NCBI GenBank assembly: GCA_963701505.1
Contig: CAVOZZ010000009.1
Coordinates: forward strand, 1,770 to 65,769
Reading direction: 5' to 3'
Source of the DNA: an uncultured Gammaproteobacteria bacterium
Lineage (GTDB): Bacteria; Pseudomonadota; Gammaproteobacteria; UBA9214
Length of the DNA stretch: 64,000 nucleotides
Shown here: positions 38,710 through 48,434 of the stretch, one piece after another
How the letters are laid out: each line of letters opens with the position of its first letter
Numbering within the stretch: the first letter of the stretch is position 1
Made by a program: the position numbers and the translations under genes
The notes under the pieces: model-generated
Database searches by the model: none
What the model was told of the DNA's origin: nothing
The model's input: only the letters and a program-made list of their open reading frames with translations

Positions 38710-38744
38710 TAATTATTCTGTGTCGGCTGGTTAGCCAGATACCG

Positions 38745-39136
38745 TCAGCCCTGCAGCGCATCCCGGACGCGTTCCAGTCGCCCGCGCACTTCAGCGGCCA
38801 GTGCGGCAACACCCTCTTTGTCCACCAGACCCAGCACCGCGGCCGGATCCATAAAGGCAACGGTCACCGCGCCATCGTCCTCTTCACGCACCACCACGTT
38901 GCAGGGCAGCAGCAGGCCGATATCCGGATCGGCATTCAATGCCTGGTTGGCCAGCGCCGGGTTACAGGCACCCAGAATCAGGTAGGGCTTGCGATCAACA
39001 CCGATTTTTTTCTTCAGCGTCGCCGCCACATCAATTTCAGTCAGCACGCCAAAACCTTCTTTCTGCAATGCCGCCGTCTACCCTGCTTCTGACCTCATCC
39101 ATGCTGCCGGTTACAGTGTGTACTGAATCCATACAT
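38745..39136 (-). pseudogene. DUF302 domain protein; N-terminal part out of frame as assembled
   Basis: ORF 38745..39068 (..[36 protein letters not shown]..). The upstream ATG 39136 gives [19 protein letters not shown] in other frames. Confidence 0.7.
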
Positions 39137-40040
39137 CAGCTTTTCTCCTCTGGTTTCTGTCAGGCGCCTCTGCGCCTCACGGTATTTCTCAGCCGTCTGT
39201 TCAATCACACTGGCAGGCAATGCCGGACCGGGCGATGTCTTGTCCCAGTCCAGCGTCTCCAGGTAATCGCGCACAAACTGCTTGTCGAAACTGGCCGGAT
39301 TGGTTCCCGGCACATAACTGTCTGCCGGCCAGAAGCGCGATGAATCCGGCGTCAGTACTTCATCAATCAACACCAGCCGGCCGTCCGCATCCAGCCCGAA
39401 TTCAAACTTGGTATCCGCGATAATGATGCCGCGTTCGCAGCGCATACGCTGGCACAGCTTGTATAGATTTCCAGGCTGACATCGCGAACCTGTTTGGCAA
39501 GCCCGGATCCAAGAATGGCGCAGGCCTTGTCGAAGTCAATGTTTTCATCATGCACACCGGCATCGGCCTTGGTTGACGGCGTAAAGATGGGGGCCGGCAA
39601 TTTGTCGGCCAGCTGCAGACCGGCGAGCAGGGGTATACCGCACACCCGGCCCAGCTTGCTGGTAATCCTTCCAGCCGGAACCGATCAGGTAACCACGCAC
39701 AATGGCCTCTACCGGTAACGCCTTGAGCTTCCTGACAACGATGGCACGCCCCTCGACCTGGGCACGCTCGCCTGCGTCCGGCAACACCTCGGCCAGCGAC
39801 AGTTCCGGACAGGTGATTGGGAATAATGCTGCGGGTACGTTCAAACCAGAAATTGGACACCGCTGTCAGCACCGCCCCCTTGCCGGGTATCGGGTCCGGC
39901 AGGACCACGTCAAATGCAGACAGCCGGTCCGTGGTGACGATCAACAGGTGCTCGTCACCCACGGCATAGACATCGCGCACCTTGCCACGCACCAGCAGTG
40001 GCAGGCTCTTCAGGGTGGACTCGTACAGGGTTTGCAGCAT
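39095..40040 (-). pseudogene. purC: SAICAR synthetase PurC (long form); at least 3 frame switches as assembled
   Basis: [45 protein letters not shown].. (ORF 39402..40142), ..[13 protein letters not shown].. (39548..39844), ..PIFTPSTKA.. (39367..39645), ..[23 protein letters not shown].. (39095..39445). Confidence 0.88.
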
Positions 40041-40224
40041 CGCCTTGCTCCGCAAAAAAGCGCATTGTACAGGAATCGCTTTCGAGCGGATGCCGGCAAC
40101 CGTGTCAGCCGGGGCCCGATCCATGTATCCCTGTGCAAACACCGGCGTTACCGGCAGTGAAGAATAGTAAAACGGCAGAATAATGCTAGAATAGCCTGCT
40201 TTCGTCTAGACAACAGCGGATAAC

Positions 40225-40726
40225 ATGATGAGCGAGGCACCTCGCATTGGCCTGGTAATGGGCAGCAACAGTGATTGGGGCGTGATGCAACATGCGGCGG
40301 ACATGCTGGAGAAATTTGGCGTCAGCCTTTGAAGCCCGGGTTGTCTCGGCCCACCGCACCCCCGACCTCCTGTTTGACTATGCCGGCACGGCCCGTGCAC
40401 GCGGTCTTGCCTGCATCATCGCCGGCGCCGGTGGCGCCGCACACCTGCCGGGCATGCTGGCCGCCAAATGTACCGTGCCGGTACTCGGCGTACCGGTACC
40501 GTCCCGCTACCTGAAGGGCATGGACTCACTGTTGTCGATTGTGCAGATGCCGAAAGGTGTCCCGGTTGCAACCTTCGCCATCGGCGAGGCCGGCGCAGCC
40601 AATGCTGCCCTGTATGCAGTCAGCATCCTGGCCAGCGCCGACGATGCCCTGGCCACCAGGCTCGAGCAGTTCCGCAAGGACCAGCAACAGATGGTCATTG
40701 ATATGGAACTTCCGCCACGGCCATGA
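40225..40726 (+). pseudogene. purE: N5-CAIR mutase PurE; one frame switch near 40328 as assembled
   Basis: [34 protein letters not shown], then a stop. It continues in ORF 40292..40726 ([29 protein letters not shown]..). The site is agccTTTgaag. Confidence 0.9.
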
Positions 40727-41852
40727 TTCTTCCCAACGCCACACTGGGTGTACTGGGCGGCGGACAGCTGGGCCGCATGTTCACGCTGGCAGCCTACAGC
40801 ATGGGTTACCGGGTAGTGGTACTCGACCCGGATCCACACAGCCCGGCCGGACTCATTGCAGACCAGCACATCAAGGCTGATTACCGAGACCATGCCGCGT
40901 TACAGCTGCTCGGAGATGAGTGCGCAGCCATTACTACCGAGTTCGAAAACGTCCCGGCCGAGAGCATGGAATACCTTGAGAAATTCTGCGCGGTACGCCC
41001 CGATTCCCGTGCCGTGCACATTGCACAGGATCGCATCCGTGAAAAGACCTTCGTGCAGGAGCATGGCCTGGCGACAGCAGCATTTGCCGCCATCTATGAA
41101 GATGCGGATATTGTCGCCGCCATCGAAGCACCTGAATGCGCCGCTGTTGATGAAAACCGCCTCCATGGGCTACGACGGCAAGGGTCAGGTGCAGGTCAGT
41201 ACGCTGGCTGAGGCACGCAGTGCCTTTGAACAACTCGGCAACGCCGCCTGCGTGCTGGAAGAAATGATCGACCTGGAGCGCGAGGTATCCGTCATCCTGG
41301 CACGCAGCATCGACGGCCGGATAGCGGTCTACCCGGTCGGCGAGAACCGCCATGTAAACGGGATCCTGGATACCACCATCGTACCGGCCGCCATTGATCC
41401 CGGCCTTGGCGAGACGGCTATCGACATGGCTACCCGGCTGGCCGATTCGATGAATTACTGCGGGGTACTGGCGGTTGAGTTCTTCTGTACCCGGCAGGGC
41501 GAGTTGCTCATCAATGAAATCGCCACACGACCGCACAACAGTGGCCACTACACCGTTGATGCCTGCGCCACTTCGCAGTTTGAACAGCAGGTGCGCATGA
41601 TGTGCGGCCTGCCACCCGGTGACACACAGATACTGTCTCCGGTCGTCATGACCAACCTGCTGGGGGATATCTGGAAGAACGGCGAACCGAACTGGCAGTA
41701 CGTACTCAACGAATCGCAGGCGCACCTGCACCTGTACGGGAAAAAAACTGCACGCCCGGGTCGCAAGATGGGACACATCAATTGCCTGGCCGGCAGATAT
41801 TGAACAGGCACTGGCAACCACCGCAAAAATCCGCAGCGCGTTATCGATCTGA
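40723..41852 (+). pseudogene. purK: N5-CAIR synthetase PurK; about 2 frame switches as assembled
   Basis: ATGA overlap with purE. LGVLGGGQLGRM and ATP-grasp core in ORFs 40723.. and 40856..41803 (..MKTASMGYDGKGQ.., ..NEIATRPHNSGH..). The alternative tail ADIEQALATTAKIRSALSI stops at 41850-41852. Confidence 0.88.
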
Positions 41853-42199
41853 GATTCATCCGGTGCCAGATGCTCTTGCCTGGCAACCTCAGCGAGGTTC
41901 AGATCAGGATCGGTCAAGCAAGACTACCGTTCACCTGGCGCTTGTAAAATTACAACCAGATACCACGGGTGTTCCGGGGCCAAATCAGAAACCGGCCGTT
42001 CAAGGCTGCGACAGAGCCAGTTGCTGGCTATACGGCGGCGAGTAACCTGGACCAAAAGTGCCCATCCCCCAAACACACTGAATACCCTGGAAAATGACCA
42101 TGACCTCTGAAGGTAATCATTGGCGGTGTATTGGCATACTTCAGTTTGGCACAGAACAAACTAAAGTAAGCATTATCAATCACGCAAGGAGATAAAAAG

Positions 42200-42766
42200 A
42201 TGGGCGCTGGTGTAATCCCCTTTACAGTAGCCGGCAGCGAAGTCTCTTTTTTGTTCCAAACCACATTTAGCGGTAGAAAAGTTGGCTATCTAATTGACTT
42301 TGGTGGCGGCCTGGGAGCTGGTGAAGACTTCAAGGATACAGCCATACGGGAGTTTGTCGAAGAAACGGAAACCATGTACTTCGCAGATGACGTACAGCAG
42401 GCACACCGCACTGCTGAACGAGTAAAGCGTCAAATTCCACTGGTAGAAAAGCTGTTTAATGAGACCCTGTCGGCCCACCCGCACTGGTGGTGTAACAGGG
42501 CGCCTGGAAACCCGGCCAACCCAAAGCTTTGGAGAACGTTCTTTATCGAATTTCCGTACCGTGATATTGAGAAACTCAACCGGGAATGGGCAGCTGACAA
42601 TACCGGTCGATTCAAGAAAAGGCGTGAATTAACCTGGGTGGCCGGGAATGACCTGCTCGAAATCTATGACCATACTCCCGACATATTATGGAAACGTGTC
42701 CGACAACTTGAAAACGCCAGAGAGACGATTCAGTCGATTCTGCAGAGCAAGGGTAACACCCGGTAA
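42200..42766 (+). CDS. NUDIX family hydrolase
   Basis: 188 aa. Nudix box GGLGAGEDFKDTAIREFVEETET (G-x5-E-x7-REUxEE). AAGGAG SD. Lies in the low-GC insert. Confidence 0.7.
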   Translation: MGAGVIPFTVAGSEVSFLFQTTFSGRKVGYLIDFGGGLGAGEDFKDTAIREFVEETETMYFADDVQQAHRTAERVKRQIPLVEKLFNETLSAHPHWWCNRAPGNPANPKLWRTFFIEFPYRDIEKLNREWAADNTGRFKKRRELTWVAGNDLLEIYDHTPDILWKRVRQLENARETIQSILQSKGNTR

Positions 42767-43343
42767 AATTGCGTCCGGAAGCAGCGTTTATGCTGTGCTC
42801 TCGACCGGACTGATCGTTGCCGCTTGAAAGAGGCTACACCCACTTACCTCTGGTACTTCCGGATTCAAACGGTTTGCGGCTGTCACCGGGGCCTCTGCCT
42901 TGCTGAAATCCAGTGCCATCCTGACCAGAGTGCCCACGAGGGCCTCGCATCCACCACTCGGCAAGGGCCGCGGAAACCGACAGCAACTATGGAGTCATCT
43001 TTTCCTGGTGGGAACAGCTCTTTGGTACCCGTGTCGCACGACCTCTCAACGGGCACGAAGGCATGAGCCCTGGCCTGCTCGAATCCCGGGACAGCAAGCA
43101 CCAGACATTGCCCTGGATGCTGGCATGCCTGTTTCTGGATACCGCAAGCTACCAGGCGAGTACCGAGCAAGAAGATGTGACGCTTAAGATGCAGGAGTGA
43201 TCTGGATACCGGCGAGTTGTCCAAGGAAAGGTGAGCTGGAGTGGCAGTGAGGTTGTGCTCCAGGTCGTCTTGCGGCCAAAACTTACCCTCACCGAAGGAC
43301 TAACGAACGGCGGGAACGCTGTAGAACTTGTCTTTCCCGAATT

Positions 43344-43367
43344 AAAAAAGGCGACCAGAAGGCCGCC
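43344..43367 (-). terminator. intrinsic terminator after the mini-ORF / LTXXQ-protein unit
   Basis: The minus strand reads GGCGGCC-TTCT-GGTCGCC followed by TTTTTT: a 7-bp stem with one G-U pair. It sits 8 nt downstream of stop 43375-43377. Confidence 0.7.
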
Positions 43368-43374
43368 GATCTTT

Positions 43375-43512
43375 TCACTTGGCAGTATCGACTCCTGTAC
43401 TGTAGTCGCAGTCAGGTTCTTCATCTCCTGCATCGGAACCTTGCCCTGCGAAGGTGGTGTTTGTAATTGCGATCAAAAATAGAAACAATAGTGAAACTGT
43501 TACTGTGTTCAT
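43375..43512 (-). CDS. 45-aa putative secreted peptide
   Basis: Found by hand: MNTVTVSLLFLFLIAITNTTFAGQGSDAGDEEPDCDYSTGVDTAK. Signal-like N-terminus, GAGAGGAAAG SD region, followed by a terminator. Confidence 0.35.
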   Translation of the reverse strand: MNTVTVSLLFLFLIAITNTTFAGQGSDAGDEEPDCDYSTGVDTAK

Positions 43513-43540
43513 TGTTTACTTTCCTCTCGTTTAAGAAAAT

Positions 43541-44065
43541 TCAGTGAATGTGTTCTAAATCAAGAGAATTGACCTGGGACATAAGGCTCGCAAGCTTCGG
43601 ATTATCCGCAATAACAAAGGCAAAGTTCTCCCACTGCTTATCAGTAAAGGTGGTCACGATAATTTCCCTGCAGGAGAGTTTCATCTTCAATAATTGACGC
43701 TGCAATCCCTGAATCTCAGCCTGGGACGCAAGCAACTGAGCACCCGTAATATCGGGTGATAATGATGCAACGCGAAATTCAACCATCTTCTCGATGATTT
43801 CATTCATGATATTTACCATGTTTGTGTAGTTCTTCTTGCGCCACGCGCGAAACAACCCCAGCTGTTCATCAGTAAGTTCGATCGTATCCTGGTTTCTCAA
43901 AATAACCGGAAGCAAGGTTGGCATGAGGCCCGAATCTTCCAGAAGAACCACTTTATCCATAACCTCCTTCCAGTCGTCAGCAGTCAAGGGATGGTCACTG
44001 TTATGCTTTGCCAGAGCAGCAGTACAAAAAAAGAAAATTCCAAAAAATGCACCAAGGGATTTCAT
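43541..44065 (-). CDS. periplasmic protein with one LTXXQ motif (Spy/CpxP-like, weak)
   Basis: ATG 44065. Signal peptide MKSLGAFFGIFFFCTAALA, LTDEQLGLFRAWRKK, helical. The track ORF extends to 44164. Lies in the low-GC region. Confidence 0.5.
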   Translation of the reverse strand: MKSLGAFFGIFFFCTAALAKHNSDHPLTADDWKEVMDKVVLLEDSGLMPTLLPVILRNQDTIELTDEQLGLFRAWRKKNYTNMVNIMNEIIEKMVEFRVASLSPDITGAQLLASQAEIQGLQRQLLKMKLSCREIIVTTFTDKQWENFAFVIADNPKLASLMSQVNSLDLEHIH

Positions 44066-44478
44066 GTTGCTGTATTCCTGTATGAGGCTCTGTACTTTGA
44101 ACCAGTGGGGGTGTTGAATTATAGTTGCCACCAAACAATCGACCATTGTGGAAAACACGTACAAGAATATTGTCTATCGAGTTACATCTGCTAAATGCAA
44201 ACACAATGCCATCATCCATGAATTACATGTGGAACATGACCCGCTAGCATGACGGGTAATACAGGAAGGTCTGAATAGACCTGGATACCGGGCATGGATA
44301 TGGATTCGGAAATGACGCGTTCCGGGTGACTATCCACGCTTGTCATCCCATAAACAATCCGCATTCAAGAACAGTTGAATGGCAGCTTACTGATGTGAAC
44401 AGGACATCCCCTGAATAATCTGCTGTTATGGCGGCTATACAGGGACTAACGAACCAAAACGAACCTCAGGCGGGCGAG

Positions 44479-44640
44479 TTATGCAGCTGTATGCATACGG
44501 TCGGATCTCACGGGCCGACCTGCAGTGAAGCTGGCAGCATCAATGCTGGTATGCTTGAGTGCGACCCGGCAGAGCAGCGAATTACCGGCAAATGCAATCA
44601 TCGCCAGCGATGTCAGGGCAATGATGCGGGCATATGGCAT
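44479..44640 (-). pseudogene. EamA/DMT transporter N-terminal remnant (about 40 credible residues)
   Basis: MPYARIIALTSLAMIAFAGNSLLCRVALKHTSIDAASFTA.. then non-homologous sequence and a stop. Begins 14 nt after the LysR gene stop. No continuation found downstream in any frame. Confidence 0.45.
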
Positions 44641-44653
44641 CACTTCTGTCTGC

Positions 44654-45565
44654 TTACGCCGCTGGTACTTCCAGGATCCGCGCCGACTCCTCCTTGACAA
44701 AATGCTGGAATGCCTGTGCCACCAGCGACAGCCGCTTGCCACTGCGGTAGACAATGTACCAGTAACGCATAATCGGGAAATTCACCACGTCAAGAATCAC
44801 CAGGCGCTTCAGCGCAAGCTCCATCCCCAGGGTATGCAGTGACACGATACCCAGCCCCAGCCCTGCGGCTACCCCTTGCTTGATGGCCTCATTACTGCTC
44901 ATTTCCATCGCCGTGGATAGCGCCAGCTGGTTCGCCGCAAAAAAGCGTTCCACCGCGGAGCGGGTACCGGAACCCTGCTCACGAACCAGGAAGGTTTCTT
45001 CATGCAGGCGTTCCAGCGGAATCTTGCTGACCGCGACCAGCGCATGATCCGGTGGCGCGATCACCACCAGCGGGTTATCCATAAAGCGTTCCGCAACCAG
45101 CTCCATCTCCTCCGGTGGCTGACCCATGATCACCAGGTCTGTGCGGTTCTCGACCAGCCCTTTCAATAACTGCTCGCGGTTAGTCACATCCAGACTCACC
45201 GTGACCTCGCCATGTTGCTGGCAGAACATGGCCAGCAGGCGTGGCACGAAATAGTTCGCAGTACTGGCCACCGCGATGGTCAGGCGGCCGCGCTGCAGCC
45301 CTTTCATCTCATTGACTACCTGCTCCAGTTCCTCGAGTTGCGCGGTGATCGCCTTGGCATAGCGGCTGAATTCCTGTCCGGCATCAGTCAGGAACACCTT
45401 TTTCCCCAGCTGTTCGAACAATGGCAACCCTACCGACTGCTCCAGCTGCTTGATCTGCATGGAGACGGCAGGCTGAGTCAAATGCAGGGCTTCCGAGGCA
45501 CGCGTGTAACTCAGGTATCTCGCCACCGACTCAAAGATCTGCAATTGTCGGAAGGTGATGTTCAT
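44654..45565 (-). CDS. LysR family transcriptional regulator, CbbR/RbcR-like
   Basis: 303 aa. MNITFRQLQIFESVARYLSYTRASEALHLTQPAVSMQIKQLEQSVGLPLFEQLGKKVFLTDAG closely resembles CbbR N-termini as I remember them. Confidence 0.8.
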   Translation of the reverse strand: MNITFRQLQIFESVARYLSYTRASEALHLTQPAVSMQIKQLEQSVGLPLFEQLGKKVFLTDAGQEFSRYAKAITAQLEELEQVVNEMKGLQRGRLTIAVASTANYFVPRLLAMFCQQHGEVTVSLDVTNREQLLKGLVENRTDLVIMGQPPEEMELVAERFMDNPLVVIAPPDHALVAVSKIPLERLHEETFLVREQGSGTRSAVERFFAANQLALSTAMEMSSNEAIKQGVAAGLGLGIVSLHTLGMELALKRLVILDVVNFPIMRYWYIVYRSGKRLSLVAQAFQHFVKEESARILEVPAA

Positions 45566-45586
45566 GGGAACAATATAGATAAATTC

Positions 45587-45599
45587 TTATAGGATATAA
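45587..45599. promoter_or_regulatory. LysR-type T-N11-A / TNA-N7-TNA motif
   Basis: TTATAGGATATAA, 22 nt upstream of the LysR gene start, in the divergent gap. Confidence 0.35.
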
Positions 45600-45819
45600 A
45601 GGAAGCATCTGATAAAACTTATGATGAGTGCCGCACGGCGCATGGCAGATGACTTACAAAGCAGCAGCCGTTTATTGCTACACTAGCGCCCGCTCATAAA
45701 GGCAGTCATTTCTTTCGCCATGGCGCATAGGCGCCGGGGGAAGGGGAATTTAAATAATGCTTTTATAACAATAGCTTATAACTTTTGCAATCGTTGCGCC
45801 CTGGCAACAAGGACAAGCA

Positions 45820-46047
45820 ATGGAAAGAAAAGGGAATATGCCGCTGTGGGTTTTTCTTGGCCTGCTCAATATCGAGACCCGTAAAGGGGCAAGCATCCTG
45901 TTCTGGTCGAGTCTCGCCTTCGCCCTGTTCTGCATTCCGCTGTCCTGGTATCTCGATGACTGGTGGTGGTTCGGCATCATGCTGCCCATCGTGATCTGGT
46001 ACGGACTATCGATCAGGTGGGTGGACAACCATTCCTTGTGGGACTGA
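45820..46047 (+). CDS. 75-aa small membrane protein
   Basis: MERKGNMPLWVFLGLLNIETRKGASILFWSSLAFALFCIPLSWYLDDWWWFGIMLPIVIWYGLSIRWV. Two to three hydrophobic helices. Confidence 0.45.
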   Translation: MERKGNMPLWVFLGLLNIETRKGASILFWSSLAFALFCIPLSWYLDDWWWFGIMLPIVIWYGLSIRWVDNHSLWD

Positions 46048-46098
46048 AGCAAGCCGTAGTGACTGCCGTGATAGCCACCTTTTTCAAATACCTGGGCA

Positions 46099-47010
46099 TT
46101 GAATTCAGCTCCGGTGAGCCATACCGAGCGACTGCTGTCGGCTCTTGGCAGTACCCTGGTGATTGCCTGCATCTTCTTCATTAGCCGCGCATCACTCGGC
46201 CCGACAGCGACCCTGCTGATCGTGCCCTCCATGGGCGCCTCCGCGGTATTGCTGTTCGCGGTACCCCACGGTGCGCTGTCACAGCCCTGGAGTGTTTTTG
46301 GCGGTCATATACTCTCTGCCCTGATCGGTGTGAGCTGTGCCATGATCATCACGAATGAAATCGCTGCCGCCAGTTTTGCGGTGGGGGTCGCCGTCGGTGT
46401 CATGTATTATTTGCGCTGCATCCACCCGCCGGGAGGCGCCACGGCACTGGCCGCCGTGATCGGTGGCGAGGCAACGCACGCACTCGGTTACCAGTTTGTA
46501 CTGACACCTGTCCTGATAAACGTGCTGGTAATGCTGACTATTGCTGTCGTATTCAATTTCGTCTTTCCCTGGCGACGCTACCCTGCGTGGCTGGTCAACA
46601 AGGACAAGCTGCCACTTGTCGAAACCACGCGGGTGTCGGAACGTCACATCGAACATTCCGATCTGGTTGCGGCACTCAGCCAGATCGATTCATTTATCGA
46701 TGTCTCTGAAAATGACCTGTTGCGCATCTATCAACTGGCTACCGGTGAAGCTGACCAGCGACAACTGCATCCCGCACAAATTCTGCTGGGCCATTATTAT
46801 GGCAATGGCGAACCCGGTGAGGGCTGGTCGCTTCGACAGGTTGTGGACGAGTCACCCAACAGTGACCCGGAAAAGGACATGGTGGTCTACAAGGTCGTTG
46901 CCGGTGTCGACCTGCACTCGTCCGGCATGGAAACACGCACCGGCTTTGCCCGCTGGGCCAGTTACGAATTTGTGCGCGATGATGAACACTGGAAACGAGT
47001 AGACCCCTGA
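46099..47010 (+). CDS. HPP family membrane protein with C-terminal soluble domain
   Basis: 303 aa. CIHPPGGATALAAVIGG is the HPP signature. The start is uncertain (TTG 46099 or GTG 46114). Confidence 0.75.
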   Translation: MNSAPVSHTERLLSALGSTLVIACIFFISRASLGPTATLLIVPSMGASAVLLFAVPHGALSQPWSVFGGHILSALIGVSCAMIITNEIAAASFAVGVAVGVMYYLRCIHPPGGATALAAVIGGEATHALGYQFVLTPVLINVLVMLTIAVVFNFVFPWRRYPAWLVNKDKLPLVETTRVSERHIEHSDLVAALSQIDSFIDVSENDLLRIYQLATGEADQRQLHPAQILLGHYYGNGEPGEGWSLRQVVDESPNSDPEKDMVVYKVVAGVDLHSSGMETRTGFARWASYEFVRDDEHWKRVDP

Positions 47011-47028
47011 GACGCAAGGAAACCCGCC

Positions 47029-48403
47029 ATGAAAACTGCAGCAAAACCATCGTCTGCGGACGATAAAGGCATCTACCACGCCCCCTGGGAAAAGGCCTTT
47101 GACCGGGTACTAACCCCCTTCGAGGAATTCATACATCGCCAGACCACCAGTGGCCTGCTGCTAATGTCGACCGCCATACTTGCCCTGCTGCTGGCCAACG
47201 GCCCACTGGCGTATTTATATTACCAGATTCAACACCTTGAGATCGGCCTCAGCATTGGCAGCTGGTCGCTGGAGAACAACCTGCACCACTGGATCAACGA
47301 TGGCCTGATGGCGTTGTTCTTTTTCGTGGTCGGACTGGAACTCAAGCGTGAAATCATGGTGGGTGAACTGGCAAACCCGCGCCAGGCAGCACTGCCCATC
47401 ATTGCTGCCATCGGCGGCATGGTGGTACCCGCATTGATCTACTTCGCGATCAATCCGCACGGTGATGCTGCCCGCGGCTGGGGCATCCCGATGGCGACGG
47501 ACATTGCCTTTGCCCTGGGTGCCATTGCGTTGCTTGCCGGCCGCGTTCCCAGGGCACTGATCACCTTTCTGGTGGCGCTCGCCATCGTTGATGATCTGGG
47601 GGCGGTCATCGTGATTGCGGCTTTTTATACCGAGACTCTTTCCATGGGCTGGTTGATGACATCGGGTATCTTCTTCAGCCTGCTGATCGTCCTGAATGTT
47701 GCCGGCATCCGCAAGATCACACCGTACTTCATCATCGCCGTGTTTCTCTGGTACGCGCTGTTTGAGTCCGGGGTCCATGCCACGCTCGCAGGTGTGCTCG
47801 GTGCCTTCTCGATACCGGCACGTCCGAAATACGATCCGTCCCGCTTCAGCGCACAGGTCAAGGAATCCATCGCTCAATTCGATGCCAGCCATGTACCCGG
47901 GCAAAGCATCATGACCAATGACAAGCTACGCGGCATTGTGCACTCTCTGGAGAGTGGCGCACTCCAGGTACAGACACCGCTGCAACGTCTGGAGCATGCC
48001 TGGCACCTGCCGGTCGCCTACCTGGTCATTCCCGTGTTCGCCCTGTTTAACGCCGGTATCCCGCTGGATTTCTCCAGTATCGGTGCTACCCTGACACACC
48101 CCGATCACCCTCGGTGTGTCCATGGGCCTGATCCTCGGCAAGGTACTCGGGATCTCGGTTTCCAGCTGGCTGGCGATCAAAGCAGGGATCGGACGCTTGC
48201 CGGCAGGCACCCGCTTCAACCAGATCATCGGTGTCTCGTTGCTGGGCGGCATTGGCTTCACCATGTCCATCTTCATTGCCGAGCTGGGCTTTGCACACCA
48301 GCCGGGAATGCTGCTGATGGCCAAGACCGGCATTCTGTTTGCCTCGCTGTTTGCGGGTGTTGCCGGATTTATCTGGTTATTCCTTGCCGGCAGCCGGGAC
48401 TGA
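47029..48403 (+). pseudogene. nhaA: Na+/H+ antiporter NhaA; one frame switch at the C-run 48099-48102 as assembled
   Basis: WINDGLMALFFFVVGLELKRE, GWGIPMATDIAFALG, ALAIVDDLGAVIVIA. The tail is in ORF 48116..48403 (..LLGGIGFTMSIFI..). Removing one C from CCCC restores ..THPITLGVSMGL... Confidence 0.88.
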
Positions 48404-48434
48404 CCTGAGCATCACTGCCTGTTCTCCTGTCCCT

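Noticed and set aside
38480-38860. N-terminal 127 aa of track ORF 38147..38860
   Set aside because: This part runs through the palindromic repeat DNA (..HGRTRKNFFQGLHLFVFLRG..). Only the last 110 aa from ATG 38479 look like a protein.
43070-43101. tRNA-like 3-prime end (CTCGAATCCCGGGACAGCAAGCACCA) as an integration-site remnant
   Set aside because: I could not fold a 5-bp T-stem with a 7-nt loop around TCGAATC, and no acceptor-stem partner is present. The resemblance is probably coincidental.
43297-44454. Direct 12-mer repeat GGACTAACGAAC (43297-43308 and 44443-44454) as att-like island borders
   Set aside because: In 64 kb, on the order of a hundred identical 12-mer pairs are expected by chance, several of them within 2 kb. 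The flanks diverge immediately.
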